Shown: piece after piece, positions 9,579-21,000 of the stretch
How the letters are laid out: the number at the start of each line of letters is the position of its first letter
How positions within the stretch are numbered: the stretch's first letter is position 1
Source: an uncultured Bacilli bacterium
Lineage (GTDB): Bacteria; Bacillota_I; Bacilli_A; RF39; UBA660
Direction: 5' to 3'
Assembly: GCA_910576795.1 (NCBI GenBank)
Contig: CAJTIX010000005.1
Coordinates: 6,804 to 70,803, forward strand
Length of the DNA: 64,000 nt
Made by a program: the position numbers and the translations under genes
Notes under the pieces: generated by a model
The model's input: only the letters and a program-made list of their open reading frames with translations
Databases searched by the model: none
Told to the model about the DNA's origin: nothing

Positions 9579-10010
9579 ATGTTCATGGGAGAATATCATC
9601 ATACCATTGATGACAAAGGAAGGTTAACCCTTCCTGCCAAAATCAGAGAACAATTAGGCAACGAATTTGTCGTTACAAGAGGACTTGATAACTGCTTATT
9701 TGTATACCCACAAGAAGAATGGAATCGGGTAATTGCGAAATACAAGGAATTACCCAATACCAAAGATGCTCGAAACTTTATGCGATTCTTTCTATCAGGA
9801 GCGACACTTACCAATTTTGATAAACAAGGAAGAATCAATATTCCAATACCACTTAGCAAATATGCAGCATTAGAAAAAGACTGTGTAATCATTGGTGTAA
9901 ACGATCGATTGGAAATTTGGAGTCAAACTGCTTGGGACCAATTTATCGATACCAATGAAGAAAATTTTTCCGATATTGCAGATAAATTATTTTCAGCAGA
10001 ACTTGGGTGA
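9579..10010 (+). CDS. mraZ: transcriptional regulator MraZ
   Basis: MFMGEYHHTIDDKGRLTLPAKIR and a second DKQGRINIP SpoVT/AbrB-like repeat. ATG 9579 is preferred over GTG 9567. Confidence 0.93.
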   Translation: MFMGEYHHTIDDKGRLTLPAKIREQLGNEFVVTRGLDNCLFVYPQEEWNRVIAKYKELPNTKDARNFMRFFLSGATLTNFDKQGRINIPIPLSKYAALEKDCVIIGVNDRLEIWSQTAWDQFIDTNEENFSDIADKLFSAELG

Positions 10011-10933
10011 ATGAAGTGCATAAAAGTGTTTTATTAGAAGAATGTTTGAAGTATTTAAACCTAAAAGAAAATAGTGTGATCGTAGACTGTACATTAGGGT
10101 ATGGTGGACATAGTAGTGAAATTCTAAAAAAAATTCCTACAGGATTTCTCTATGCCTTTGATCAAGATGAAGAAGCGATTACCTACAGTCAAAATCGTTT
10201 ACATGCTGTTGCATCCAATTATGAAATCATTAAAAGCAATTTTGTACACCTTAAACAAGAATTACAAAAAAGGAATATAGAAGAAGTCGATGGAATCTTA
10301 TTTGATTTGGGTGTTTCTAGCCCACAATTGGATGAAGATTATCGAGGTTTCAGTTTTCATAAAGATGCACCCCTAGATATGCGTATGGATAGAGAAAATC
10401 GGGTCTCTGCTTATGATGTAATCAATACCTATTCCTGTGATGATTTAACTCGTATCTTCCAAACCTATGGAGAAGAAAAATATGCATATCGTATTGCTTC
10501 TGCAATTGTAAAGGCAAGAACACAAAAACCAATTCAAACTACATTGGAATTGGTAGAAATCATTAAAGCAAGCGTTCCTGAAAAATACAAACGTGAAAAA
10601 CATCCTGCTCGTAAAGTATTTCAAGCCATTCGTATAGAAGTTAATCACGAATTGGAAGTATTTGAAAGTGCTTTAGAACAGGCTTTGTCTCAAATCAAAG
10701 TAGGTGGAAGAATCTGTGTGATTACATTCCATTCCTTAGAAGATCGTATTTGTAAAAATAAATTCAAAGAAGTAAGTCAAATAGAACCTGCATTAGAAAA
10801 ATTACCTGTGATTCCAGATGAATACTTACCAAATTACAAATACATTGCTACCAAAGAGGCAAATAAAAAAGAATTAGAAGAAAACAATCGTGCACGTAGT
10901 GCGAAGTTGAGAGTAATAGAAAGAATAAAATAA
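10007..10933 (+). CDS. rsmH: 16S rRNA (cytosine1402-N4)-methyltransferase
   Basis: HKSVLLEE, DCTLGYGGHS, FDLGVSSPQLD and ITFHSLEDR motifs. Confidence 0.95.
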   Translation: MNEVHKSVLLEECLKYLNLKENSVIVDCTLGYGGHSSEILKKIPTGFLYAFDQDEEAITYSQNRLHAVASNYEIIKSNFVHLKQELQKRNIEEVDGILFDLGVSSPQLDEDYRGFSFHKDAPLDMRMDRENRVSAYDVINTYSCDDLTRIFQTYGEEKYAYRIASAIVKARTQKPIQTTLELVEIIKASVPEKYKREKHPARKVFQAIRIEVNHELEVFESALEQALSQIKVGGRICVITFHSLEDRICKNKFKEVSQIEPALEKLPVIPDEYLPNYKYIATKEANKKELEENNRARSAKLRVIERIK

Positions 10934-10945
10934 GGGAGAAGAATT

Positions 10946-11242
10946 ATGGCAAAAAGAAAAGTAAGAAGAATGCGTATTACAAAAGGTGAAAAATTATTAT
11001 ATGGAACAGCGATACTTTGCTTTTCTTTGACTGTGCTATTAAAAATATTTTGTGGTGCTGGCACCCAACATTTGAGTATGAGTGTTGAAAAAGTCCGTTA
11101 TGAAATTAATAGTCAGGAAAAACGAAATGAAAGTTTAACAATGCAAGTAAATGAATTAACAGCATTTGATAAAATCAAAGATGTTGTAAAAGATATGGGG
11201 CTTGCTTATAACAATGAAAATATCATGGTAATCAATGATTGA
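10946..11242 (+). CDS. ftsL: cell division protein FtsL-like
   Basis: 98 aa with a basic N-terminus, one TM helix and a coiled coil. Canonical position after rsmH. Confidence 0.65.
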   Translation: MAKRKVRRMRITKGEKLLYGTAILCFSLTVLLKIFCGAGTQHLSMSVEKVRYEINSQEKRNESLTMQVNELTAFDKIKDVVKDMGLAYNNENIMVIND

Positions 11243-11250
11243 GGTGTAAA

Positions 11251-13449
11251 ATGAATACAAAGAAAAGAATTAAAAAAACATGGAGTTTACCAAAATTTGT
11301 TTTTTACTTCTTTTTTCTTTGTCTTTTTTTATTGTATCTCCAATTTGGATATCTATCTTTATCCAAAAAAGTGTATGGAAAAGATATGGATGCATTTGCT
11401 GAGACGAGAAATACCGTACATAAAACCATCAAAGCAACCCGTGGACGTATTTTTGATAGCAATCAAAACATTTTAGCTCTCAATGTCAGTTCCTATACCA
11501 TTGTAGCGCACTTAGAACGTAGTAAAGTCTATATGGGGGACTATTATATCAAAGACAGTGAAACCGATTTGGTTGCAGAAAAACTTGCTCCTGTTTTGGA
11601 AGTAGAAGTAGAAACATTAAAAGGGTACTTTGATAGAGGAAAAGCAAACAATGTCTATCAAATTGAATTGGGACGTGCTGGAAAAGGAATTACTGAATTA
11701 AAAAAAGAAGAAATTGAAAATTTAGGAATTACAGGAATTGATTTTATAGAAAGTCAAAAAAGGTATTATCCAAATGGTGATTTTGCTTCTTATGTTATTG
11801 GGTATGCAAAGGATACTGAAGTCACAGAAACAGACGAAAGTGGAAATACATCTACTATCACAGAAATCATAGGAGAACTTGGAATTGAATCCAAATACAA
11901 TGATCTGCTGAAAGGAAAAGATGGATATATTGAATATCAACAAGATCGTTATGGATATAAAATTGCAGGGACCAAAGAAACCTCTGTTGCGAGTGAAGAC
12001 GGGTATGATGTATATTTGACAATCGATGCGAATATTCAAAGATTTATTGAAACTGCAATTAAGGATGCCCAAAATATCTATGATCCAGAATGGTTGATGA
12101 TTACAGCCATGGATGCCAAAACAGGCGATATATTAGGCACAAGTGCAACTCCATCATTTGATCCCAATATCCGTGAAATTGTCAATTATGAAAATCCTCT
12201 TATTTCACAGCCATTTGAACCAGGATCTACTATGAAAACATATACGTACATGTGTGCTTTAGAAAACAATAAATATGATGGAAATGAAACCTTTTTATCA
12301 GGGAATTATCAAATGGGAGAGGATACCATCAATGACTGGAATAGTGGAATTGGATGGGGAACCATTACTTTTGATAAAGGATATGAGTATTCTAGTAATG
12401 TTGGAATTGTAAATCTAATAGAACGACATCTTTCTCGTAAGGAATTACAAGAATGTTTTGAAAAATATGGGTTTGGAAAAAATACAGGAATTGAGTTATC
12501 TCGTGAACAGCCAGGAACTCTACGCTTTACTTATCCAATCGAAGTTGCAACTGCTGGTTTCGGGCAAGGGATTACAACCACGGCTATTCAACAATTACAG
12601 GCTTTGACACTCATTTCCAATGATGGAAAAATGTTAACACCTCATATTGTAAGTAAAATAGTCAATCCCAATACAGGTGAAGTTTATTATGAACGACAAA
12701 AAGAAGAAAGTGAACAACTAGTCAAAACTTCAACTGTCAAAAAAATGAAAGAATTGATGTATAATACTGTTCATGGAAGAGATTCAGGTTCTACAGGATA
12801 TTTTTATGACATTGAAGGCTTTGACATTATTGGAAAAACAGGAACTTCACAAATATTCAATAACGCGACAGGAAAGTATTTAACAGGTGCGAACTCCTAT
12901 ATTTTCTCCTTTGCAGGAATGTATCCAAATGATAATCCTGAAATTATTATTTATTCCGCAATGAAATTACCAAAGCATGGAACCAGTACAGGACTTGCGA
13001 ATGCAACCAAAGCAGTAATGGAAAGTATTGCAAAATATAAAAATATGTTTGGTACTACAAATGAGGTAGTAGAACAACAAAGTTATTATGTATCTTCTTA
13101 TTACAATAAATCTGTTCAGACCGTAATAGAAGAATTACAACAAAATAAAATTGATGTAATAGTAGTGGGAACAGGCGATAAGATTATCAAACAATCTATA
13201 AAATCAGGAACAAGATTAGTAGAAGGAGATCGTTTAATTTTAGTGACCAATCAAAACAATTATCAACTGCCTAATATGTATGGATGGAGCCGAAAAGACG
13301 CAATTGCTTTTTTGGAATTATTACAGATTCCATATCAAATAGATGGATACGGTTTTGTGGTAGAACAAAGCATTCCAGCGGGAACCGTTTTATCAGTTGA
13401 TACAACAATTACACTTAAATTACAATCCAAATTAAATCCAACAACTTAG
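11251..13449 (+). CDS. pbpB: penicillin-binding protein 2B (class B transpeptidase with PASTA domains)
   Basis: TM anchor, dimerisation domain, transpeptidase motifs STMK and KTGT, and two C-terminal PASTA-like repeats. ATG 11251 follows a GAGGTG RBS. Confidence 0.9.
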   Translation: MNTKKRIKKTWSLPKFVFYFFFLCLFLLYLQFGYLSLSKKVYGKDMDAFAETRNTVHKTIKATRGRIFDSNQNILALNVSSYTIVAHLERSKVYMGDYYIKDSETDLVAEKLAPVLEVEVETLKGYFDRGKANNVYQIELGRAGKGITELKKEEIENLGITGIDFIESQKRYYPNGDFASYVIGYAKDTEVTETDESGNTSTITEIIGELGIESKYNDLLKGKDGYIEYQQDRYGYKIAGTKETSVASEDGYDVYLTIDANIQRFIETAIKDAQNIYDPEWLMITAMDAKTGDILGTSATPSFDPNIREIVNYENPLISQPFEPGSTMKTYTYMCALENNKYDGNETFLSGNYQMGEDTINDWNSGIGWGTITFDKGYEYSSNVGIVNLIERHLSRKELQECFEKYGFGKNTGIELSREQPGTLRFTYPIEVATAGFGQGITTTAIQQLQALTLISNDGKMLTPHIVSKIVNPNTGEVYYERQKEESEQLVKTSTVKKMKELMYNTVHGRDSGSTGYFYDIEGFDIIGKTGTSQIFNNATGKYLTGANSYIFSFAGMYPNDNPEIIIYSAMKLPKHGTSTGLANATKAVMESIAKYKNMFGTTNEVVEQQSYYVSSYYNKSVQTVIEELQQNKIDVIVVGTGDKIIKQSIKSGTRLVEGDRLILVTNQNNYQLPNMYGWSRKDAIAFLELLQIPYQIDGYGFVVEQSIPAGTVLSVDTTITLKLQSKLNPTT

Positions 13450-13494
13450 TTTACGATTTCAATAGATTGTGTTACAATGAAAATAGGTGATAGA

Positions 13495-14667
13495 ATGAAA
13501 AAAGGATTTACATTAGTAGAATTACTTGCAGTTATTGCAATTATTGGTGTAGTTGCTTTAATTGTATTTCCAACAATTATGGATAGCATCAAAAAATCCA
13601 AACAAAACTTATATGAAATCCAAATAAGAGATATTGAAGAAACAGGGAAAAAGTGGGCAAGTGACCATATGGAATTACTAGATTCTACGCATTTAAATGC
13701 GGTTGCGGTTCCCTTAAGTTCTTTGATATCAGCTCAGTATTTACAGAAAAGTAACATACAAGATCCAAGAGATAAATCTGAAATGAATGGTTGTGTAACC
13801 ATTACATATGATGATGCACTTGCACAATATCAATATCGATATATCGAGTCTGCTTGTCAAAATGCAATCATGAATGGATTTATATATCAGTTTGAGAATG
13901 ATACTTGGAACAAGACAGAACAAAATATAATAGTTTCTTCTGCAAATGCAATTATTGAAACATATGCAAGTCATAATCTAATTAAAACAGAAGGACAAAC
14001 AACAGCTGGTTTTTATGATGAAGGAGAACGTTATGTTTATAGGGGAAGTGATGTAGATAATTATGCAAAATTAAGTGTTGGAAATGAAGTATACCGGATT
14101 TTAAGTATTGATAAAACAAGCGGAAATATAAGAATGATGGGAACCACCCCAATTCCAAATGCCTGGGATAATAATAATGGAACTATTTTTGAAAATGCCA
14201 GTGTAGCAACCACTCAATTGGAAAATTACTATAATAGTAGCGCAAATGGCATTATAGCCAATCAATCAAAAATAGAAAATGACAGTTTATGGAATGTAGG
14301 AATAGTAACCGAAGGGGTATCTTATTCTGTGTTAAAATCATTGGAAAGTGGCAGAACTGCATATGCTAAAATTGGACTACCATCGATTAGCGACTATATA
14401 GGGGCCTCTACTGACTTAGTTTGTCATGAAAATATATTCTCAGATACTTGTAAACAACAAAATTATTTATATGAATTATGGAAAGAAAAAAACACATGGA
14501 CCATTAATACAGATGGTGATAAAATATGGTATTTGAATGCAACTGGAATGTTAGATAAAGCTGCTTCTAATTCGATTTATTACATTTATCCTGTAATTGA
14601 AATCAAAGCAAGTACACATATTGTAAAAGGAGATGGAAAATCCATCAGCCCTTATGTTTTTGAATAA
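13495..14667 (+). CDS. prepilin-type N-terminal methylation domain protein with large C-terminal module
   Basis: MKKG|FTLVELLAVIAIIGVVALIVF. The C-terminal ~200 aa is homologous to the tail of the giant protein (YRILSI, IGLPSISDY, IYPVIEIK...GDGKSISPYVFE). Confidence 0.8.
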   Translation: MKKGFTLVELLAVIAIIGVVALIVFPTIMDSIKKSKQNLYEIQIRDIEETGKKWASDHMELLDSTHLNAVAVPLSSLISAQYLQKSNIQDPRDKSEMNGCVTITYDDALAQYQYRYIESACQNAIMNGFIYQFENDTWNKTEQNIIVSSANAIIETYASHNLIKTEGQTTAGFYDEGERYVYRGSDVDNYAKLSVGNEVYRILSIDKTSGNIRMMGTTPIPNAWDNNNGTIFENASVATTQLENYYNSSANGIIANQSKIENDSLWNVGIVTEGVSYSVLKSLESGRTAYAKIGLPSISDYIGASTDLVCHENIFSDTCKQQNYLYELWKEKNTWTINTDGDKIWYLNATGMLDKAASNSIYYIYPVIEIKASTHIVKGDGKSISPYVFE

Positions 14668-14676
14668 AAATCCAAT

Positions 14677-14707
14677 AAAAAATAAGCAATTTGATATGCT
14701 TATTTTT
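14677..14707. terminator. bidirectional terminator
   Basis: AATAAGCA / TGCTTATT stem flanked by A and T runs, between convergent genes. Confidence 0.6.
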
Positions 14708-15146
14708 ATTTACAGATATAAGATTGATTTTCAAAAGTTTTTTTCATGTCACTGTAGGTTGCCTTTGTATTAATGATATCTAAGCTTTCTTTTGCTTCGT
14801 CATCCATTTCCCCAAAATTAGCTACAATAGATATTTCAATGTTATGATTCTTTATTTCTGTATTCATAGAAATACCTTTTTTGTCTTGGTAATTAGCAAA
14901 TTGTCTTTCAAAGGAATTTTTTAAGTTTTCCATATAAGATATATAAGAATCATCTACTGCAATGATTTGAACAATTTTTGCTTTAGCAATATGCTCCTCC
15001 TCAAAATCAACATTTATACTCTCGTTGATTTCCATTCCAGTACTAGTGTCTTTTTTGGAACAGATCAATGTTTTATTTTTGCTACCACAACCAGTGAAAA
15101 TGCTAGTAGTGATCACAATCAAGCAAACCCCAATGTACTTTTTCAT
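14706..15146 (-). CDS. putative lipoprotein
   Basis: MKKYIGVCLIVITTSIFTGC lipobox with GGGAGG RBS. The internal start at 15146 is preferred. Confidence 0.65.
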   Translation of the reverse strand: MKKYIGVCLIVITTSIFTGCGSKNKTLICSKKDTSTGMEINESINVDFEEEHIAKAKIVQIIAVDDSYISYMENLKNSFERQFANYQDKKGISMNTEIKNHNIEISIVANFGEMDDEAKESLDIINTKATYSDMKKTFENQSYICK

Positions 15147-15332
15147 TTTTCTGCCTCCCACTTTAGGATAATAAAAAACTTTATTTTTGTCAATTAAATG
15201 TGTTATTTTCATATGAAAATCAATGGAATAAAATCATTTTGCCTATAAATAGATAAAAAAATAACATATGTTACTAGCCAAAAAAGTCGAATTGTGGTAT
15301 TCTATAAATAGAGGTAAATAGAAGGTGTCAGT

Positions 15333-15851
15333 ATGGATTTAAGAGATATTAAAGAATTCTTAAAAGATACAGCTAAATATATTGTAATTGCTGTTTTGGT
15401 CTTACTTTTAGTGATATATGTCGTATCTTTACAACAAGTAGTAGGACCTTCTATGTCTCCCAATTATCAAGATGGGGACATCTTAATTTTAAATAAATTA
15501 CATTATAAACTACATAAACCAAAACGATTTGAAGTAGTGGCCATAAAATATAAAGATACCAAATACTTTATCAAACGTGTTATAGGTCTTCCAGGAGAAA
15601 CCATTTCTTACAAAGATGGAATTCTGTATGTAAATGGAAAAGTAGTTGAAGAAAAATTTAAAACGACAACAACTGCAGACTTTTCTTTAGAAAGCCTAGG
15701 TTATGAAACCATTCCCGAAGATTATTATTTAGTAGTAGGTGATAATCGAGAGAACTCTTTAGATGGACGTTCTAAGGAAGTGGGACTTATCCATAAAAAG
15801 GATTTTATTGGCAAAGTTGTATTCCGAATTTGGCCTTTTAGAAGAAAGTAG
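15333..15851 (+). CDS. lepB: signal peptidase I
   Basis: TM anchor, catalytic GPSMSPN (Ser), KRVIGLPGE (Lys) and GDNRENSLDGR boxes. Confidence 0.9.
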   Translation: MDLRDIKEFLKDTAKYIVIAVLVLLLVIYVVSLQQVVGPSMSPNYQDGDILILNKLHYKLHKPKRFEVVAIKYKDTKYFIKRVIGLPGETISYKDGILYVNGKVVEEKFKTTTTADFSLESLGYETIPEDYYLVVGDNRENSLDGRSKEVGLIHKKDFIGKVVFRIWPFRRK

Positions 15852-15859
15852 GAGTAGAA

Positions 15860-16273
15860 ATGGCATATATTAAATATAAAGAGTTAACACAGTATTTTAA
15901 TTTTTATAAAGAACTAGATATTCAAAAATTACCAAATTATGTAACAGATTACTTAGAAGAAGGAGAAGTTCCATATGTTGCATATGGAACAGTGAGAGAT
16001 AAATTTGTTTTAACAGATCGTAAAATTATTTTATTTGATGTACGTGGATTTAGGGGAAAATGTAAACGGATTCACTTTTTCCCATTACTATCTATTTCTT
16101 CTACAGCTCTAGAATTTAAATCCAATCAGGTTGCCATTTTATTATCTATGGATAGTGGGTATCAATTGCGACTTAATTTTGTAAAAATGCTTGCACAGGA
16201 TAAAACAAAAATACGCTCTGTTTATATGCATTTAATCCATTGCATTAGTGAAAAAAGGATTTCATATGCATAA
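15860..16273 (+). CDS. bacterial PH-domain-like protein
   Basis: 137 aa. The VLTDRKIILFD pattern is typical of bacterial PH (YokE/bPH-like) domains. Assignment is tentative. Confidence 0.45.
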   Translation: MAYIKYKELTQYFNFYKELDIQKLPNYVTDYLEEGEVPYVAYGTVRDKFVLTDRKIILFDVRGFRGKCKRIHFFPLLSISSTALEFKSNQVAILLSMDSGYQLRLNFVKMLAQDKTKIRSVYMHLIHCISEKRISYA

Positions 16274-16347
16274 AATGATGAAATTTGACAAAAAAGAATT
16301 ACTGTGGTATATTATCAATCACAAATGTGAAGAGAGGGGAGACTAAT

Positions 16348-17988
16348 ATGATAGATAAGAGAGTAATTGCCGTTATTGTAATATTTATTCTTGGTGGGTT
16401 ATTTATATATTCATTTGCAAACCCACTCGATGATTCAGATGGTACAATGACAGAAAATAATGGGGGGGTTGTAACCCCACCTAGTCAAAATGATGATGAT
16501 AAAGACAAACCTGTTGAAGTCAATAAAGCAGGACTTGACGAGATTAAGTTACAATTAGAAGGTTTAAATAAAGAAGATTATACAGAGGAATCATGGAACT
16601 TGATCCAAAACTTAATTCAAGGTGCGAATGAATCTACTTCACAAGAAGAATTTGATTTGATTTTTTCACAAATTGATTTAGGAACCTTAGCTCCAAAACC
16701 AACAGATCCAGTTGTAGTCACTAATCCAAATCATGGAAGCTCAAATACAGTGAGACCAGGTGGAAGTGGCTCATCAACATCAAACAATGGAAATTCAGGT
16801 AGTACAATACAAATTGATAAAACGGCATTAAATAATATTAAAGCACAATTGGCCAAATTAAATAAAAATGATTATACAGAATCATCATGGAATATTGTGC
16901 AAGCACAAGTGAAAGTGGCAGAATTACAAACTACACAAGCGGGATTCAATGCAGCAGTATCTCAAATTAATTTAGGACTATTGCAGAAAAAACCAATTGC
17001 AGTGAACAAGACAGAACTAAATAATCTAAAAAATCAATTATCAAAATATAACAAGAATGATTACACAGAAGCCTCTTACAATAAATTAGAAGCAGCAGCT
17101 AATATGCCAGAGAATACACAAGATGAAGTAAATGCCAAGGTGGAGGCAATCAAAAATGCAATCAATGGATTACAAAAAAAGCCAATAACAATTGATAAAA
17201 CAACATTAAACAATTTAAAAAATCAATTATCAAAATATAACAAAAATGATTACACAGAAGCCTCTTACAATAAATTAGAAGCAGCAGCTAATATGCCAGA
17301 AAATACACAAAATGAAGTAAATGCCAAGGTGGAAGCAATCAAAAATGCAATCAATGGATTACAAAAAAAGCCAGGAAAACCAGTAGAAATTGATAAAACA
17401 GCATTAAATAATATAAAAGCACAATTGGCAAAATTAAAAGAAAGTAATTATACAGTAGCTTCATGGCAAGCAATTCAAAACCAAATTGCAGTGGCAGAAG
17501 CGCAAGCAACTCAAGAAAAATTTGATGCTGAAGTAGCTAAGATTAATTTGAATACATTACAATTGAGACCAACAGCTACACAAATTGGTGTAAGTCTTGA
17601 TAAAATGGGAGACAGTGCCAATATAAAAGTGGTAAAAGTAAATGATCATTATTATAGATATACAGGAACAATGAATACAAATACGCTAACAACAGAAGAT
17701 GGAACAACAATAAGAGACTTTATTGTAATGAGAATAGTTTCTCCAGAAGCTTTATCACAAACAGAAAAAGAGAACATCAAAATGGTATTTGAGGGTATGA
17801 CAATCGATGCGAGCGAATTCAAAACAGATGTAAATAATCGTTCATATGTCGAAATTTATCAACCATTCTCACGTGCCAATGATGGTAGTGGTTCTACGGA
17901 CAATTTAACAACAGTTAATTTCACCATTAATTGGGGGTACGGTGAAACAACACAATATACAGTAACAATAGATGTAGAAGTAAATTAA
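16348..17988 (+). CDS. membrane-anchored surface protein with FIVAR-like repeats
   Basis: N-terminal TM helix and six ~60-aa repeats with (N)DYTE.SW/Y..L....A motifs, then a ~150-aa C-terminal domain. ATG 16348 follows GGGGAG. Confidence 0.7.
   Translation: MIDKRVIAVIVIFILGGLFIYSFANPLDDSDGTMTENNGGVVTPPSQNDDDKDKPVEVNKAGLDEIKLQLEGLNKEDYTEESWNLIQNLIQGANESTSQEEFDLIFSQIDLGTLAPKPTDPVVVTNPNHGSSNTVRPGGSGSSTSNNGNSGSTIQIDKTALNNIKAQLAKLNKNDYTESSWNIVQAQVKVAELQTTQAGFNAAVSQINLGLLQKKPIAVNKTELNNLKNQLSKYNKNDYTEASYNKLEAAANMPENTQDEVNAKVEAIKNAINGLQKKPITIDKTTLNNLKNQLSKYNKNDYTEASYNKLEAAANMPENTQNEVNAKVEAIKNAINGLQKKPGKPVEIDKTALNNIKAQLAKLKESNYTVASWQAIQNQIAVAEAQATQEKFDAEVAKINLNTLQLRPTATQIGVSLDKMGDSANIKVVKVNDHYYRYTGTMNTNTLTTEDGTTIRDFIVMRIVSPEALSQTEKENIKMVFEGMTIDASEFKTDVNNRSYVEIYQPFSRANDGSGSTDNLTTVNFTINWGYGETTQYTVTIDVEVN
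16990..17367 (+). repeat. two near-identical 189-bp tandem copies inside the FIVAR protein gene
   Basis: AATCAATTATCAAAATATAAC recurs at 17032 and 17221. The encoded 63-aa units differ at only a few positions. Confidence 0.85.
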
Positions 17989-18009
17989 AAAACCCAAATG
18001 GGGTTTTTT
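17989..18009 (+). terminator. rho-independent terminator
   Basis: AAAACCC-AAATG-GGGTTTT followed by a T-run. Confidence 0.7.
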
Positions 18010-18044
18010 AATCCAATAAAACACGAACAAAATTTGACGAAAAA

Positions 18045-18072
18045 TTGACAAATTTCAAAAATATGATAAAAT
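18045..18072 (+). promoter_or_regulatory. promoter of the giant surface protein gene
   Basis: TTGACA-16 nt-TAAAAT with an extended -10 (TGA). Confidence 0.55.
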
Positions 18073-18097
18073 TGATATTAACCAAGGGGGAATTTAT

Positions 18098-21000
18098 ATG
18101 TTAAATAAGTTTAAGAATAGCAAAATTTCAACAAAAATAATATCTTTAACTGGATTAATTGTACTTACAATTTCTGGATTTTTTGGATATCAAAAAATAG
18201 ATAATTATTTCAAATTGGAAAACATGAAGCGTCTTGCAGTAAATGCAGCGCAACAATACCTAGAAGATAACGGGATCGTAACAGAAAAAGAATCTATTAC
18301 GACTTCTTTGGGTACTTTGGCAGCAGAGGGATATATTGATAGTGATCATATCAAAAATGATTATATTGATGAATCTTATGTAGTAACTTATCAAAACGAA
18401 TCTACTGCTTATATGGTTCGCTCAAATGGAACTTCACGTGGTGGTATTATTATCGGAAAGCAAGAAGTATCCGCAACATTTGTAAAACAACCAGCAGGTC
18501 CAACACGTGGAAATGTTGAAGTGACTATGACCGCAACAGAACCAATTGAAACACCAAATGGTTGGACACCTAAAAAAGTAACAGGTGAAGATGGTTCTTT
18601 AGTAGATAGTACAACTATATTTACAAAAACTTTCAGTGATAATGGAATCGAAAATATTGGATTGAATCCTGTAAATCCTGAAAATAAATCCGTATCAAAA
18701 CAATTGGTAATTGGTAATATTGATAGATTAGCTCCAACAATAACAGGCGTAAAAGAAGGAGAAATCTATGGACCAAACACTTTACCAACCATTACATACA
18801 GCGATGCAAATACAAATGCAGATAATGTTGTAACTGCAACACTTACAAATAATACAACAAATGAAGAAATAACAATTACTTCACCTTATACATTAAGTAT
18901 TAATGGGGAATATACATTGGTTGTATCTGATACAGCTGGAAATGAAGCTACTGTTCATTTTACAGTAGATTTAGAAGCTCCAACAATTACTTTGAATGAA
19001 GGAAATGCAACTGTATCTGTTCCAGCAGGAACAACAGACACTGCATATATTTTAGATGGTGTTGTATTCAGTGATAATATTGATGATGCAACTGTTTTAA
19101 AAAATAATGTAAAAGTAACAAATACTGTTAACACTAACATAACTGGTACTTATACCATTACTTATGTAGTAACTGATACAGCTGGAAATACTTCAGCTAC
19201 TGTTACAAGAAATGTAGTAGTAGAAGACACTTTAGCACCAGTATTAACAGTAGAATCACCAATTGTATTACAAGTAGGGGATTCTTACGATGAACTACAA
19301 GGTGTAAGTGCAATTGACCTTTATGATGGTGATATTACCGCAAATGTAAAAGTAACATATACAGGAATTTCATTAGATATCACTAAAAAAGGAACTTATT
19401 ATGCAACATATAAAGTAACAGATGCTGCTGGAAATGAAGCAACTGCACAAAGAATCATTACAGTAGTAGACAAAACTGAATTATTAAAACTAATCGCTCA
19501 AATTCAATCTTATGGATTGGTAGAAGATGATTATACAGAAGCATCATGGAATGCTTTACAAACTGCTTTAAATCAAGCAGAAACAACACAAGCACAAATT
19601 GATGCAAAAGTAACTGCTATTCAAAATGCATATGCTAAATTGGTAAAAGATTTAAATGCTGATTTTGTAGCACGCTTAGAAGCAGCAAAAACAAGTGTAG
19701 ATCAAACTGCTACAAATCCTAAATATATCGAAAGTGATTATACTGAGGAAGCATGGAAAGTAGTCACTGATGCTTTAGCCAAAGCAGAGGCAGCAAAAAC
19801 AGAAGGCTTAAATAGTAAATTATCTCCAGCATTAGATGCTCTTGAACAAGCAATTGCAGCATTAGAAGATGATGCCAATAAAGCTTCTATTGATTATACG
19901 AGATTAGCGGAATTATTAGAAGAATTAGCAACATTAGAAAAAACAGGAGATTATACAGAAGAATCAATTGGGGCAAAACGTACTGCCATTCAAAATGCAT
20001 ATAACATTAAATTACCTAGTGAATATGCAAAAGAATTAGCACGTATTGAAGCAATGACTTTAACACAAAAGGAACTTGCAAATAAAGATGTCTTAGATGC
20101 ATTAGAACAAGAATTTAACAATTTAACAAAATCTGATGACTATACACCAGATTCTATTCAAGCTGTAGAAGATGCGATTGCAGCCGCAAAACAAGATGGG
20201 TTAAAACAAAGTGAATTTGATGCAGCCTTAGATGCCATTAGAGATGCAATCGATGCATTAGCAAAATATCCAACTGTGAGTGTAGATGATAGTTCATTTA
20301 CCACAAACAATTCTGAACAAAAAGGATATGTAAAAGAATCTGATTCTATTACATTTGCATTTACAAGTACAGAAGAATTGAATACAACAAGTACAACTGT
20401 AACTGTTAAAATGGGTTCCAAAACATATAATGGTGCAACTATTTCTGAAGTAGGAAAAGTAGGAGATCAATATTTATATTTAGTAACCTTTACTGTTCCA
20501 GGAACTGATTCAGGTGCACTTATTTATACAATTCACCCTGTATCTACAAAAGGTGCTGAAAGAGAAGACAACAGTGATGATGCAACAGGGAATGTACCTT
20601 ATATTATGGATAATAACAAACCTTTGATTGCAACAGTAGATGATGTAACAATCAAGGTTGGTGAAACATATACAGATGTATTGCCAAGTGCATCCGATAT
20701 ATTCTTTGATAAATTATACGATGTAACAAGTCAAATTACATTAAATGGAGTAGTAGTATCTTCTATTAATACTTCTGCACCTGTCGTTTATGTAATTACA
20801 TATAATGTAAAAGACTTTGCAGGAAATGAAGCTGTTCAAAAAGTTACAAGAACAGTCAATGTAGTAGATACAACTGCATTAGAAACAGCTAGAGAAAAAG
20901 CAGGAAAGCTAACTGCATCAGATTATAAAAGTGATGCATGGAATGCTTTACAAACCGCATTAACAGGAATTGTGGATGAAACACAATTAACAGAAAAAAC

